Translations under genes and position numbers: made by a program
Source of the DNA: an uncultured Candidatus Saccharibacteria bacterium
GTDB lineage: Bacteria; Patescibacteriota; Andersenbacteria; UBA10190
Reading direction: 5' to 3'
Assembly: GCA_964371255.1 (NCBI GenBank)
Contig: CAYJKV010000003.1
Span: 86,901 to 150,900 of the forward strand
Length of the DNA stretch: 64,000 nt
Part shown: positions 31,210 through 41,543 of the stretch, piece by piece
Layout of the letters: each line of letters opens with the position of its first letter
Numbering within the stretch: position 1 is the first letter of the stretch
The notes under the pieces: generated by a model
Told to the model about the DNA's origin: nothing
The model's input: only the letters and a program-made list of their open reading frames with translations
The model's database searches: none

Positions 31210-31628
31210 ACGCAGCAAGCTGCCTTTCTGCCTAACAAGGACTGAGTTAGAACCAAATAAAAAAGGAGCTGATTTGGCTCCTATATTCAATCTAATTGCT
31301 AGCCAAGAAGGACAAGGAGGAACATTAAGAACCATAGAAGGTAATTAAGCGGTTCCGCCGAAGTTATTCCTCCGTAAATACAGACAGGAATGACTATGGC
31401 CATAATGTGAATCTTGGTCCAGAACTTCCATCGTTGTAAGCGATACATCGAACTAACTCCACTGGAAGAATTGTGGTCAGGTTGATAGTGAACAGAACCG
31501 AAGACAATAATCAAAAACCACGATCTCGTCAAGGGGCGGTAAATTCATTGGCATCAAACAACGCTTCTCATACACTAACAAAAACGTTCTAACTTGATCC
31601 ACAAACCCCTGCAGCCTGCTATCATCCC

Positions 31629-31657
31629 TTGACATCAAGTTGCCACCTTATTACAAT
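31629..31657 (+). promoter_or_regulatory. sigma70-like promoter TTGACA-17-TACAAT
   Basis: Seen directly. About 50 nt upstream of the ATG at 31706. Confidence 0.5.
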
Positions 31658-31705
31658 CACGGTTCTGTTTGCTCCAGTTCCTTAACTTTTGCGAAAGGCA
31701 CCCCG

Positions 31706-32086
31706 ATGATCTATTGCCTCACAATCAGCCATCCTATCGTGGGTGACAATGTGCGTGATGACTTGCTAGTCGCGGCCTACCAAATGGTACGCAGCGGTGA
31801 AAAACGTCGAAAATTCCATTCTCAGGACAGTGAAGGCGAGGTTAAAACGAGTTTTGAGCGAGCCCAGCTTGGGGGTTTGGTGGGATATGTTTTTCACGCC
31901 ACCGTGGAATGTGACCCCATTGGCCAAACGACTGTCACATATTTAGTTCGTGATCAGGACTTAAGACGCTTGGAGGAAGTCGACGAATGCGCTTGGCTGA
32001 CTCAGGAGCAAGCAGCCAGGGGAGAAATTCCCCAGGACGACTGGCGTGAAAACCCCATACACCGTGTTGCTCATGGTAATAATTAA
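31706..32086 (+). CDS. hypothetical protein (126 aa)
   Basis: ATG with AAAGG RBS. The ORF-track start at 31640 is a TTG inside the promoter. No recognisable motif. Confidence 0.45.
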   Translation: MIYCLTISHPIVGDNVRDDLLVAAYQMVRSGEKRRKFHSQDSEGEVKTSFERAQLGGLVGYVFHATVECDPIGQTTVTYLVRDQDLRRLEEVDECAWLTQEQAARGEIPQDDWRENPIHRVAHGNN

Positions 32087-32239
32087 CTGCTTCATTACAC
32101 CATCTCAGCTCCGCTTGCGGGGCTTTTTTCTTCCGGTGCAACACGCGCCTATCGAAACTTGTCGGAAAGAACGAGGCCCTGTCACGTGTTCTTATGTGCT
32201 TGACTAAAAAAAAGGGCCTATTTTCATAAGCCATTAAAG

Positions 32240-32761
32240 TTAAGCGAGAACGGGAGTTACAATACTGTAGTGCAGCTCAAGAGAAGTCTCAAAAACTCCT
32301 CCTAATTTTCCTGACACCACGATGCTCTCGTCGCTTTGTGGTATAACGTCCCAGTGCACTAACGGCGGCTGTTCTGGGGATACACAAATCGGTGCATCAA
32401 TCTTAATCGGTTGATTGCTGCCATCACTTAAGCTCAACCGTAGATACAACAGCACCTCACTGTAATCAACGACGATCTCGCGTGTTTCTGTATCCTGGCC
32501 AAAATCTTCCTCGGTCCCAAGACAACGCGTCATCATTACGTTCAGCTGCCATTCCGGTTGGCCTGGTATGCGCACGCGGCATGGACATTGAATATTCTTC
32601 TTCCAATCATCCACCGTCACAATAATATCCAACCGCATATTGCCATCATGGCTTAGGTGGAAAGCGTCAATCGATATCATCCCGCCTACGTCTTTTTGTA
32701 ACATATCCTCCTCCTTATCTAAATCCATGAAAAGAACAGACCACATTAACTTATACTCCAA
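32240..32761 (-). CDS. hypothetical protein (173 aa)
   Basis: Long ORF with coding-like composition, divergent from the ECF sigma gene. No recognisable motif. Confidence 0.45.
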   Translation of the reverse strand: MEYKLMWSVLFMDLDKEEDMLQKDVGGMISIDAFHLSHDGNMRLDIIVTVDDWKKNIQCPCRVRIPGQPEWQLNVMMTRCLGTEEDFGQDTETREIVVDYSEVLLYLRLSLSDGSNQPIKIDAPICVSPEQPPLVHWDVIPQSDESIVVSGKLGGVFETSLELHYSIVTPVLA

Positions 32762-33019
32762 AGGGCATCAATTGCCAACATCCTCACCTGGTTTTGATTA
32801 TTCTCTCAAGTAAGCTGTTAGAGCACTTTTACTTGTGACGGCCGTTGTCTGCCCATCCACCAAATAGCCTTGCAACAGTACGCTAAATCAGTGATTCCGT
32901 CACGTTTACCGGAGCATAAAGCATAATATGAAGCCAGACTTGCCTTGCTATTGACAATATTTAATATAAGCAGTATTATAACAAAGAGTACTTTCCCAAC
33001 CCATCGTAAGGAGGCGAAC

Positions 33020-33556
33020 ATGTTAAAAGACGTAGCAGCCAAGCCAATAGTGCAATTAGTAGAGGAAGCGCAAAGTGGCAGTAAAACGGCCTTTGGTGAT
33101 CTTTATCTCACCCACGTTTTACTGGTACGCACAGTTCTTGCCCGTTGGTTATCCCGCTCAAATGACGTAGAAGACTTAACACACGATGTGTTTTTGCAGG
33201 CATTTTTGAAAATTAGCACGCTGCGCAACAGTAATGCTTTTAAGGGGTGGCTGCTTACTATCGCTCACAACCGAGCTATAAACTATTGCCGGCGACAGAA
33301 AACACAGATCAACCCGGCCGACATTAACCAATTGGTAGTGGATGGCCGACCTGAGCATCCCGATGTGTCGGACACTTATGACCAGGTTAACCATGCGATG
33401 CGCCAGCTAAAATCTTCTGACGCAAACAGCCTAGTCGACTTCTACTGGCGCCATCTCTCAATCAATGACATTGCTGCTAAAGAGAACGTTCCAAGCGGGA
33501 CCGTGAAGCGTCGTTTGCACATCGCCCGCCAGAGAATTGCCGCGCACCTTCAATAA
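33020..33556 (+). CDS. ECF-family RNA polymerase sigma factor (sigma-70 regions 2 and 4)
   Basis: DLTHDVFLQAFLKI...WLLTIAHNRAINYCRRQ (region 2) and LSINDIAAKENVPSGTVKRRLHIARQRI (region 4 HTH). AAGGAGG RBS before the ATG at 33020. Confidence 0.75.
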   Translation: MLKDVAAKPIVQLVEEAQSGSKTAFGDLYLTHVLLVRTVLARWLSRSNDVEDLTHDVFLQAFLKISTLRNSNAFKGWLLTIAHNRAINYCRRQKTQINPADINQLVVDGRPEHPDVSDTYDQVNHAMRQLKSSDANSLVDFYWRHLSINDIAAKENVPSGTVKRRLHIARQRIAAHLQ

Positions 33557-33648
33557 CCCTTCGCTTATTTTCCCAGCATGAGTCATCCGACCCATGCTTT
33601 TTTCTTTTTCCGTTTGCACAACATCAGGGGTTTATCCATAGTGAACAT

Positions 33649-34713
33649 ATGGCATCGGATTTTCTATCTAATCTACAAACCAAGGTGGAGCTGGCCCCAT
33701 ATACCACTATCAATCTTGGAGGGACGGCCAAATATTTTATAAATTGCACCTCTCTTGAGCTGCTCAAATTCGCCCTTACTTATGCTCGCGACCATCATTT
33801 GACGACGCATATTCTTGGCGGCGGTAGCAACACCATTTTCCCCACCTCTGGTTTTGGCGGTCTGATTATAAGAATTGCCATGCGCGGCTGTAAGTTCTCT
33901 GCGGCTGAGCAATTTACTACCGTTACCGCGGCCGCGGGGGAGCCATGGGACGACTTAGTGTCCTCTGCGGTGGCTCGCGGTTTAGGTGGTATAGAGAATA
34001 TGTCCGGTATTCCGGGCACAGTCGGAGCCGCACCCGTGCAAAATGTTGGCGCTTATGGCCAGGAAGTGTCGCAAGTAATCACGTCCGTAACTGCTCTCGA
34101 CCGCTCAACGCTTAAGGAGAAAATTTTCAATAAAGAGCAATGCCAGTTCGGCTACCGTACCAGTCGCTTTAAGGCAATGAAACCGCATCGCTATGTCATC
34201 ACCGGAGTGACATTTCGGCTAATCAACGAGGGTCAACCCGCCATCGCCTATCCTGACGTTGTGGCAGAAATTGGGGGAGCGTCTAAGCTTTCTCAATATG
34301 GCCGCGGTCAAGAGGCTTTAACGTTTATGCGCCAGTCAGTTCTAAATGTGCGTCGCCGTAAGTCCATGGTGATTAATCCCCAAGACCCCCATTCTCGTTC
34401 TTGCGGTTCATTTTTCGTGAATCCAATTCTCACAGCGGACGAACATCACCAACTTACAAACATAACTAGTCAAACAGTCCCGTTCAGGCAAGTGGGGGAG
34501 TCGCTTTCTATTTCCGCTGCATGGTTAGTAGAGCAGGCGGGCTTTCCTAAAGGGTATCGGCAAAACGGGGTTGGTATCTCCGATCATCATAATCTGGCTT
34601 TAGTGAACTATGGCGGCACTACTGACAACTTACTCGCGCTTGCTCAGGCTATCCAAAACCGCGTGGCAGAAAAATTTGGCCTTAAGTTGGCCATTGAGCC
34701 GGTCATAGTTTAA
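33649..34713 (+). CDS. murB: UDP-N-acetylenolpyruvoylglucosamine reductase
   Basis: FAD-binding N-terminus LAPYTTINLGGTAKYF...HILGGGSNT. Length and C-terminal domain as in MurB. Confidence 0.85.
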   Translation: MASDFLSNLQTKVELAPYTTINLGGTAKYFINCTSLELLKFALTYARDHHLTTHILGGGSNTIFPTSGFGGLIIRIAMRGCKFSAAEQFTTVTAAAGEPWDDLVSSAVARGLGGIENMSGIPGTVGAAPVQNVGAYGQEVSQVITSVTALDRSTLKEKIFNKEQCQFGYRTSRFKAMKPHRYVITGVTFRLINEGQPAIAYPDVVAEIGGASKLSQYGRGQEALTFMRQSVLNVRRRKSMVINPQDPHSRSCGSFFVNPILTADEHHQLTNITSQTVPFRQVGESLSISAAWLVEQAGFPKGYRQNGVGISDHHNLALVNYGGTTDNLLALAQAIQNRVAEKFGLKLAIEPVIV

Positions 34714-34721
34714 TCCGTCCT

Positions 34722-35318
34722 ATGCGTTTCAACCATCGTGACATTGAATTCCTTTATGAAGTGGGGTCTTTGCGTTTCCTGCCGCGTACGTGGCAGCAGC
34801 AAATTGGTCTGCGCGTGGCCAATGACACCGAGCACACCATGCGGGTAATTTGGCTGTCATTAATACTGGCTCGGCATGCCGGTTATAAGGACGAAGAAAA
34901 AATCATTAAGATGGCGCTAGTCCATGATATTGCTGAAACCAGGACCGGTGATTTTAACTATCTGCAAAAAGTGTATGTTAACGCCGACGAGGAGACAGCG
35001 GCCGAGCATCTCTTCGCCTCAACCAGCCTGGACGACTTTAGAACAAAAATATTATCTGAATATATCAAGCGCCGATCGCTGGCAGCCAGAATTGTCAAGG
35101 ACGCGGATAACTTGGACGTTGATTTGGAACTGCGCGAACTCGCTAATCAAGGGTCACTCATGCCGGCCAAATGGCAAAAAACCAGGCGGCTGGTACGCGA
35201 TCAGAAACTCTACACCAAGTCAGCCAAACTGCTTTGGGATGAGCTGGATCGAGTGGATGTGGCCGACTGGCATCTGACCGCTAACAAATGGTACACCATG
35301 CCCCAAGCTGGGAAATAG
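34722..35318 (+). CDS. HD-domain phosphohydrolase (YfbR-like 5'-deoxynucleotidase family)
   Basis: H...HD motif (RVIWLSLILARHAGY...ALVHDIAETRTGD). Confidence 0.7.
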   Translation: MRFNHRDIEFLYEVGSLRFLPRTWQQQIGLRVANDTEHTMRVIWLSLILARHAGYKDEEKIIKMALVHDIAETRTGDFNYLQKVYVNADEETAAEHLFASTSLDDFRTKILSEYIKRRSLAARIVKDADNLDVDLELRELANQGSLMPAKWQKTRRLVRDQKLYTKSAKLLWDELDRVDVADWHLTANKWYTMPQAGK

Positions 35319-35371
35319 ACTAATAATTATTCAGTTATTATTCAAAAGCGCGGGCCAAATAGCCGGCAAGA

Positions 35372-36079
35372 TTAGCTGGGTTGCGGCGTGAGTTTGGTAA
35401 TATTCGCCAGCTCTCCTGTCACTAAAATTCGTTGCTTGGTTGACCATAAAGGCCAACAGGCCATCAGCGTCACGGTCGGTACCGCATTCTCTGATTCTAT
35501 CAAAACAGTGCTGTCCGGTGTGATGATCCTGGAATTAATAATTCGATAGGTATATCTGGTATTGTTGTAGTCGAGATGGATCAAGTTATTATCAGTTAAT
35601 TCATTGACCCGGGAAAACGCGAAGCGGTACTTACCCTTCCATGGTTCACCAGTGCTGTGTGCTGCTACAAAAGTGTTACCTGGTCGGCCAGGCAAAATGC
35701 CATTAGGATAAAGGGCCGCGCCTTCGGCCAAAGTGCTTAAAATTTCCTGATCATTTAATGTCTGGCTCATGACTAATGGGACAGACACGCCAATCGATGG
35801 AATACGTATCCAGTCACCCTGCTCAAAATTTTCTATTGGTATCAGCTCGGGAAACATTTGCTTTAGTGGCGTTTTATCCACCAGGGCTACTTCTACCCGT
35901 TCTTCCACCCAAGGTAAAGGAGGGTAGTAAACCCCCGGTTCGTTCATACTATTCACAATTACCGGCCAAGCCATGTACCACACCGATACACATCCAAACA
36001 TCAACGCTGCTCCGGATATCAATACTAACGCCAGTCCTCCTACTCGGCGTAAGTCCTTGCTAGTAAATCTATTTTGCAT
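35372..36079 (-). CDS. sortase-family transpeptidase
   Basis: N-terminal TM. Catalytic TLMACWP (TLxTC) motif and conserved His region (FVAAHSTG). Confidence 0.7.
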   Translation of the reverse strand: MQNRFTSKDLRRVGGLALVLISGAALMFGCVSVWYMAWPVIVNSMNEPGVYYPPLPWVEERVEVALVDKTPLKQMFPELIPIENFEQGDWIRIPSIGVSVPLVMSQTLNDQEILSTLAEGAALYPNGILPGRPGNTFVAAHSTGEPWKGKYRFAFSRVNELTDNNLIHLDYNNTRYTYRIINSRIITPDSTVLIESENAVPTVTLMACWPLWSTKQRILVTGELANITKLTPQPS

Positions 36080-36192
36080 AAGGCATTATTATACATCAAC
36101 TATCAAATATGTCAAATATATCCATTCTAATATACACAAAAATCCGCTCATTAGACGGATTTTTGTTGTTTTTACAAAATCAGATCTAAACC

Positions 36193-36372
36193 TTAGACAT
36201 CCTGTGGCTTCACAGTCGCGCGCTTATTTTTCTGCGCTCTGCTGGCTGCGGCATCTAATAGACCTTTCACTTGATCGTTTAAAGCCCCGATTAATTCACC
36301 AGACATTTTCACGTTTTTGCCCTTGAGATACCCTCTGACTTTGCTGGCTACTACTAAAACTTCACCTTCCAT
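36193..36372 (-). CDS. histone-fold protein (HBb / DUF1931-like bacterial histone, 59 aa)
   Basis: MEGEVLVVASKVRGYLKGKNVKMSGELIGALNDQVKGLLDAAASRAQKNKRATVKPQDV aligns with the archaeal HMfB alpha1-L1-alpha2-L2 pattern (RVS..A...L......A...A...GRKTVK..DI). AAGGAGG RBS at -8. Confidence 0.55.
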   Translation of the reverse strand: MEGEVLVVASKVRGYLKGKNVKMSGELIGALNDQVKGLLDAAASRAQKNKRATVKPQDV

Positions 36373-36529
36373 ATAAAACACCTCCTTTGAAATAACTTTG
36401 TCGATCTTCCTGCATCGCACAGATTGTACCACTGATATATGAAAACTCTCAAATTAGGCTATCCACAAGCCTGGACAACCCATCGTTATTATTTCGTCGC
36501 TTCCACTCGCGTCATCGCAGCGACATCTT

Positions 36530-38014
36530 TCAAACGAGCAACAATATCACTGCCAGCAAGATTACCAAAGAAGCATGAGTTATCATTTTTGGATGCTGGA
36601 TACGAATTTTTATCATCACCGCTAATAACAGTAAAACGACAATAACCATCGCGATGGCAATAATTAGTCGCCTGGCCATAGTATTGATGCGAGCTGGCCC
36701 GGCAGCTTGTCCATCAACGCTACGGTCAGTGAAAATTGAAGGCTGCAAATCGACCATCCCCGCCACGCTGGTATTGCCAGACTCATCTAAAACTTTTACC
36801 TCGACCGTACCTGTCGGTAGCGGAAACACTAATGATTCCGGCCCCGGCATACTCGTTTCTGCCACAACCTGATGATCTGCTTCCACTTGCAGTTTTACGT
36901 ACGCTCCGGATGGTAAATTCAGCCTGGCTTCCGGCGTGTCTGTCTTCGGTGAAATGATAAACATTATTCCTGCATCATCAATCTGCGGGCCGGTTGTGTC
37001 CTTATCCAATTCTTGAGGCAAGGTGATGACGCTTCGTTGTCCTGCATCATTTTCCGCCCATGCGGTTAATTGCAATTTACCATCCTCAAATTCACGTAAA
37101 TCAATTTCTTGCTGCGCGAAGCCCAAATCACTGATATTCAATGAGGTCACTGCCACGTTATTTATCACTATGTGAACCTTCGACCCAGCCTCCGCTGTTG
37201 CTTGGATCCTTAGGCTGTTTTGCACCGTTGGTTTCTCGGCTAACAAAGTAACAACCGGTTCCGTGGGCACAGTCGCCGGCGCCGGCTCAGCTATTGGCGC
37301 TAAGGTCGGTTCGGCCGGGACGGGGGAGGCAACAGGCGCAACTGCTTCTTCTGCTACCTGTGAACGAGCAGATAATGCTGATGCTGCTGATAATTGAGAC
37401 GGCCTGACAGCCCCGATGGGCAAACCAAACATATGCACAACCACCGTCGACGTTCCGCCTTGATATTCTCCCGTTAACACGGCGATGCCAGTTTCGACGT
37501 AATCCGGCTGTAAAATATTGTCCCGATGCGAAGGGCTGGCCATCCAGGCATCAACCACATCTTCCGCTTGTATAAAATCAATCGCCAAATTCTCTCCGGC
37601 GACTGTGTAAACATAAGTATTTCGCTGCATCCAGAACCAGGGTGTTACGCCGGTCGGAGATATATGTGCAAAATAATCGTTATTAATCATATCCTGCGCT
37701 TTCTCCGTCGCCGCCTTAGTTAGTTTGTCATTCAGAGTGAGTGCTCCTAAACCATTATTCACCCTTTCTGCGTTAGTCAGCTGTAATATTCGGGCATTAG
37801 TAATCGTGGACAACTCCGCCGTGGAGGGGAGCAGTAATACCAACGCCAAAGCTAACAGTTTAGCCGTCAAAATTAATCCTGATACGGCCAACAAAGACCG
37901 CCGGCGCAGCGCCAACGGCCGATAATTATTTTCTGGCCGCGGAATAATACATACTTGCGCGCCATGTAAAGCTTGTGCGGTGACTCCCATGATTAAATTA
38001 TGAAGCAAGAACAT
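36530..38014 (-). CDS. secreted CAP/SCP (YkwD-like) domain protein with C-terminal TM anchor
   Basis: NAERVNNGLGALTLNDKL...YFAHISP...GENLA...HRDNIL CAP-domain motifs. C-terminal hydrophobic anchor. Confidence 0.6.
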   Translation of the reverse strand: MFLLHNLIMGVTAQALHGAQVCIIPRPENNYRPLALRRRSLLAVSGLILTAKLLALALVLLLPSTAELSTITNARILQLTNAERVNNGLGALTLNDKLTKAATEKAQDMINNDYFAHISPTGVTPWFWMQRNTYVYTVAGENLAIDFIQAEDVVDAWMASPSHRDNILQPDYVETGIAVLTGEYQGGTSTVVVHMFGLPIGAVRPSQLSAASALSARSQVAEEAVAPVASPVPAEPTLAPIAEPAPATVPTEPVVTLLAEKPTVQNSLRIQATAEAGSKVHIVINNVAVTSLNISDLGFAQQEIDLREFEDGKLQLTAWAENDAGQRSVITLPQELDKDTTGPQIDDAGIMFIISPKTDTPEARLNLPSGAYVKLQVEADHQVVAETSMPGPESLVFPLPTGTVEVKVLDESGNTSVAGMVDLQPSIFTDRSVDGQAAGPARINTMARRLIIAIAMVIVVLLLLAVMIKIRIQHPKMITHASLVILLAVILLLV

Positions 38015-38072
38015 GGAATTAAGAAATGAAATATTTCTTGATTAATGGCTCTTTATTAGATATTCTCGTTTC

Positions 38073-39137
38073 ATGAACGTTGTACTTATGGCCGGCGGGG
38101 GAGGGACACGCCTATGGCCTCTTTCACGGCTGGCCAAACCCAAGCAATTCATCGATCTGGGTGATGGACACTCGCTGATGCAATCTGCCTATCAGCGCGC
38201 TCTTAAGTTAGCCGCCACTGATAACATTTATGTGGCTACCTCGATTAATTATCAGTCCTTCATTAAAGAGCAGTTGCCATCAGTCTTGCCAGATCACGTT
38301 TTTTACGAACCGGAGAAAAGAGACACGACTGCCGCTTTTGCCACCGTCGCCATTCGATTAATGGAATTAGGCCAAGGCAACGTCGCGACGGTTTTTATGT
38401 GGGCAGATCATGTATTTACCAATGAAGATCAATTCATCTCAGACCTATTACAAATTCCGAATCTACTGCGGGAGTTTCCGGACCATATTGTCATTGTTGG
38501 CCATAATCCCATCTCCCCGGAAACAACCTTAGGCTATATCGAAGCCGGCTCCGCCCTGCCAAATCATCCTAGCGTTTTCGTCGTTAAGCGTTTTAAGGAA
38601 AAACCTATCTTGTCGGTGGCTAAGCAATATCTAGCCGCGGGCAACTTTTTCTGGAACCTCGGTTATTTTTCCCTGCGGCCGGAATATTTTTTAGAGGAAT
38701 TAGTCGTGCACAATCCTGACTTGGCGGCCGTTATCGATAGCTACCAGACCGCCCTCAGTGGTTCACCTGAAGCCGTTGCCGCAGCTTATCAATTGTTTCC
38801 CAAGAAATCTATTGAGTACACACTCATGGAAAAAACCCCTCGTTTACTGGCTCTGACGGGGGATTATGGTTGGACTGATATTGGTTATTGGAGCACTGTC
38901 CAGGATGTGTTTGGCCAGGGCGGCGACCATGCGCCGCACGGCTACCATCTCCATATTAATTCAGCGGGTAACTATATCTACAATACGACCAAACAAACAG
39001 TCACCTTGTTGGGTGTAAAAGATACGATCGTGGTGGTGACCGAGGATGCTATCCTGGTAACCAGTAAAAAAGAATCCGGCAACGTTAAAGAAATTATCAG
39101 CCGGTTGGAACAGGACCAGCACACCGACGTACTCTAG
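38073..39137 (+). CDS. sugar-phosphate nucleotidyltransferase (mannose-1-phosphate guanylyltransferase-like)
   Basis: N-terminal LMAGGGGTRLWPLSRLAKPKQF nucleotidyltransferase signature. Confidence 0.7.
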   Translation: MNVVLMAGGGGTRLWPLSRLAKPKQFIDLGDGHSLMQSAYQRALKLAATDNIYVATSINYQSFIKEQLPSVLPDHVFYEPEKRDTTAAFATVAIRLMELGQGNVATVFMWADHVFTNEDQFISDLLQIPNLLREFPDHIVIVGHNPISPETTLGYIEAGSALPNHPSVFVVKRFKEKPILSVAKQYLAAGNFFWNLGYFSLRPEYFLEELVVHNPDLAAVIDSYQTALSGSPEAVAAAYQLFPKKSIEYTLMEKTPRLLALTGDYGWTDIGYWSTVQDVFGQGGDHAPHGYHLHINSAGNYIYNTTKQTVTLLGVKDTIVVVTEDAILVTSKKESGNVKEIISRLEQDQHTDVL

Positions 39138-39140
39138 GCA

Positions 39141-40160
39141 ATGATCAGGCTTGCAATCACAAATTCTAGGCGAGTTGCCTTTCTACTGATTATTTGTGTG
39201 CTGATTTTGGCCATCGGTATTTATCTGCTCCTATGGGGTCAACCGGTGATCAAACGGGCTGGTGAGCTAGTCATCGCCGAAGGCAGCTCAGCGCAATCCG
39301 TCTGGCGCAACCTAACCGATCAAGGGTATGTTGATCGCACTCTGCCATTGCAATATTACAGTTGGCGCCTGTCGGCAAATAATAATATTAAATCAGGCAC
39401 CTATACTTTGTCGCCCGGTGAACACCTACGCGATCTCATCCAGCGGCTGGTCGCCGGCGACACCAACCAATCAGTCTTAACGATCACTTTTCCTGAAGGC
39501 TTTACGCTTAATCAGATTGCTGAGCGGGTCGCCGCCCAGGGCATTGGCAACGCCGCGGCTTTCAAAAATGAAGCTCAACCGGCGAATTTTGTTAATCACT
39601 TTTCTTGGTCCGGCCAAATACCGCCGCAGCGCGACTTAGAGGGTTATCTTTTTCCAGACACATACCAATTCTATATCGACGATACTCCAACTGACGTCAT
39701 CCAACGCTTGCTAACCAACTTCGACGCCAAAGTAAACGACGAGTTACGCGCGGCTGCCGCCCGGCAGAATCACTCCCTGGATGAAATTGTTATCATGGCC
39801 AGTATTATCGAACGCGAAGTAATTAGCGATGCAGATATGGCACTTGTATCCGGTGTTTTATGGAAGCGCCTGAACGACGGCATCGGTCTGGATGTTGACG
39901 CCACGGTTCGCTACGCCTTGCAGAAGTGGGATGCCCCGCTGACCTATCAGGACTTGCAGACTGAGTCACCCTATAACACGCGCAAATGGCGCGGCCTGCC
40001 TCCCGGCCCCATTAGTAATCCCGGCTTGCGTGCCATCCAAGCCGCTGTTCAGCCCCAGGAGTCAGACTATTACTACTACCTATCAGCGCCGTCCGGCAAA
40101 ACAGTTTTTTCCCGCACGCTGGAGGAGCACAATATAAATAAAGCTAAGTATCTGAACTAG
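39141..40160 (+). CDS. mltG: endolytic murein transglycosylase MltG (YceG family)
   Basis: N-terminal TM and the YceG-like domain ending in the LPPGPISNPG motif. Confidence 0.8.
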   Translation: MIRLAITNSRRVAFLLIICVLILAIGIYLLLWGQPVIKRAGELVIAEGSSAQSVWRNLTDQGYVDRTLPLQYYSWRLSANNNIKSGTYTLSPGEHLRDLIQRLVAGDTNQSVLTITFPEGFTLNQIAERVAAQGIGNAAAFKNEAQPANFVNHFSWSGQIPPQRDLEGYLFPDTYQFYIDDTPTDVIQRLLTNFDAKVNDELRAAAARQNHSLDEIVIMASIIEREVISDADMALVSGVLWKRLNDGIGLDVDATVRYALQKWDAPLTYQDLQTESPYNTRKWRGLPPGPISNPGLRAIQAAVQPQESDYYYYLSAPSGKTVFSRTLEEHNINKAKYLN

Positions 40161-40402
40161 GTTACGGATGTATGGCTGTGCCTGTTGGCCACCACCTGCG
40201 GCCAAAAATTAAACATTGTTTCGCTGAAAGTCAAGTTGTATGTTTTCTCATGCCGTGTTACAAAATTACTTGTCATCCGAAGACCTAGGGCCCAAACCAT
40301 AAGTCCTTAGCAGAATGGCAAAAACCTCAGCTATTTTTGTCTTCGGGTACCAGCCCGTTTTTTATTTGCCAATTGCAGTTTAATTATTGATCAATCAATT
40401 CT

Positions 40403-40930
40403 ATGGCTCTAACTAGACAAGCAAAAGAGGATATTATCGCCCAGACGCAGGATAAATTAAGCAGCGCCATATCCTTTGTTTTAATCACCTTTGACCAGCT
40501 CACTGTGGTCGAAGTCAATAGTCTTCGCGATCAGCTGCACACCGCCGGTGGACGCATGCGTATTGTGCCTAAACGTTTGTTAAAAATTATTTTTCAGCAA
40601 ATTAAACTTGATTTTGATCCATTAACCTTACCCGGACAAGTCGCTGTGGCGTGGGCGGACGATGCTGTTGCCCCGGCTAAGATATTAAACGACTTCGCAA
40701 AAAAGAACAAAGACAAAATACAGCTGATGACTGGCTCGCTCGATGGTAACTTATTAACCATTGAGCAAGTCAAAGCTTTAGCCACCCTCCCCTCCCGCGA
40801 ACAACTGCTGGGTCAGCTATGCAGTGTCTTGGCCGGACCGGCTCGGGGGCTAGTCACAGTTTTATCAGGGGCGCAACGCAATCTAGTCCAAGTTTTGCAG
40901 GCCTTGGCAGATAAAAAGGCTGCGCAGTAA
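40403..40930 (+). CDS. rplJ: 50S ribosomal protein L10
   Basis: MALTRQAKEDIIAQ... L10 N-terminus. Directly upstream of rplL. Confidence 0.85.
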   Translation: MALTRQAKEDIIAQTQDKLSSAISFVLITFDQLTVVEVNSLRDQLHTAGGRMRIVPKRLLKIIFQQIKLDFDPLTLPGQVAVAWADDAVAPAKILNDFAKKNKDKIQLMTGSLDGNLLTIEQVKALATLPSREQLLGQLCSVLAGPARGLVTVLSGAQRNLVQVLQALADKKAAQ

Positions 40931-40979
40931 GAATTGTCATTAAAACTATTTATAAATTTATTAATTAATATCTAAAATC

Positions 40980-41438
40980 ATGACTAAAGAAAAAGACAGT
41001 GTTAAAGAAGCTGATGATACCACGCCAGTGGAGGGTACCGACCAAACCGTTACCGTGCCCAAGAAATTCGCGAAGCTCGTCGATGAAGTTGCCGGCATGT
41101 CGGTGCTGGAACTTTCTGAGCTGGTAAAAGTTTTGGAAAAGAAATTTGGCGTCTCCGCCGCCGCCCCTGTCGCAGTGATGGCGGGCAATGGGGGAGACAG
41201 TGCTGGCCAGGAAGAAGCCGTGGCTAAAACCTCATTCAATGTTGTTATCACTAACGCTGGCGCGCAAAAAATTGCCGTCATTAAGGCTGTTCGTGCTATC
41301 ACCGAGATTGGCTTAAAAGACGCCAAGGATTTGGTCGATAAAACCCCGGCCACTATTAAAGAAAATGTACCAACCGCCGACGCCGAGGAAATGAAAAAGA
41401 AATTAGAAGAAGCCGGCGCGACTGTCGAACTGCAATAA
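40980..41438 (+). CDS. rplL: 50S ribosomal protein L7/L12 (with N-terminal extension)
   Basis: [20 protein letters not shown] and C-terminal ...EAGATVELQ match the L7/L12 signatures. Confidence 0.9.
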   Translation: MTKEKDSVKEADDTTPVEGTDQTVTVPKKFAKLVDEVAGMSVLELSELVKVLEKKFGVSAAAPVAVMAGNGGDSAGQEEAVAKTSFNVVITNAGAQKIAVIKAVRAITEIGLKDAKDLVDKTPATIKENVPTADAEEMKKKLEEAGATVELQ

Positions 41439-41543
41439 CATTTTTCTGCTTGAGGAAACGGCCTCGGTAGCAAACCGCGGCCGTTTTGTTATAGTCGATA
41501 GCATTACCCGGCCAAAAAAGCTTCATGCTACAATATATCTGTC

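Noticed and set aside
30805-31335. 176-aa minus-strand ORF
   Set aside because: It overlaps rpmG, tRNA-Trp and the structured elements. It has no RBS and low-complexity composition.
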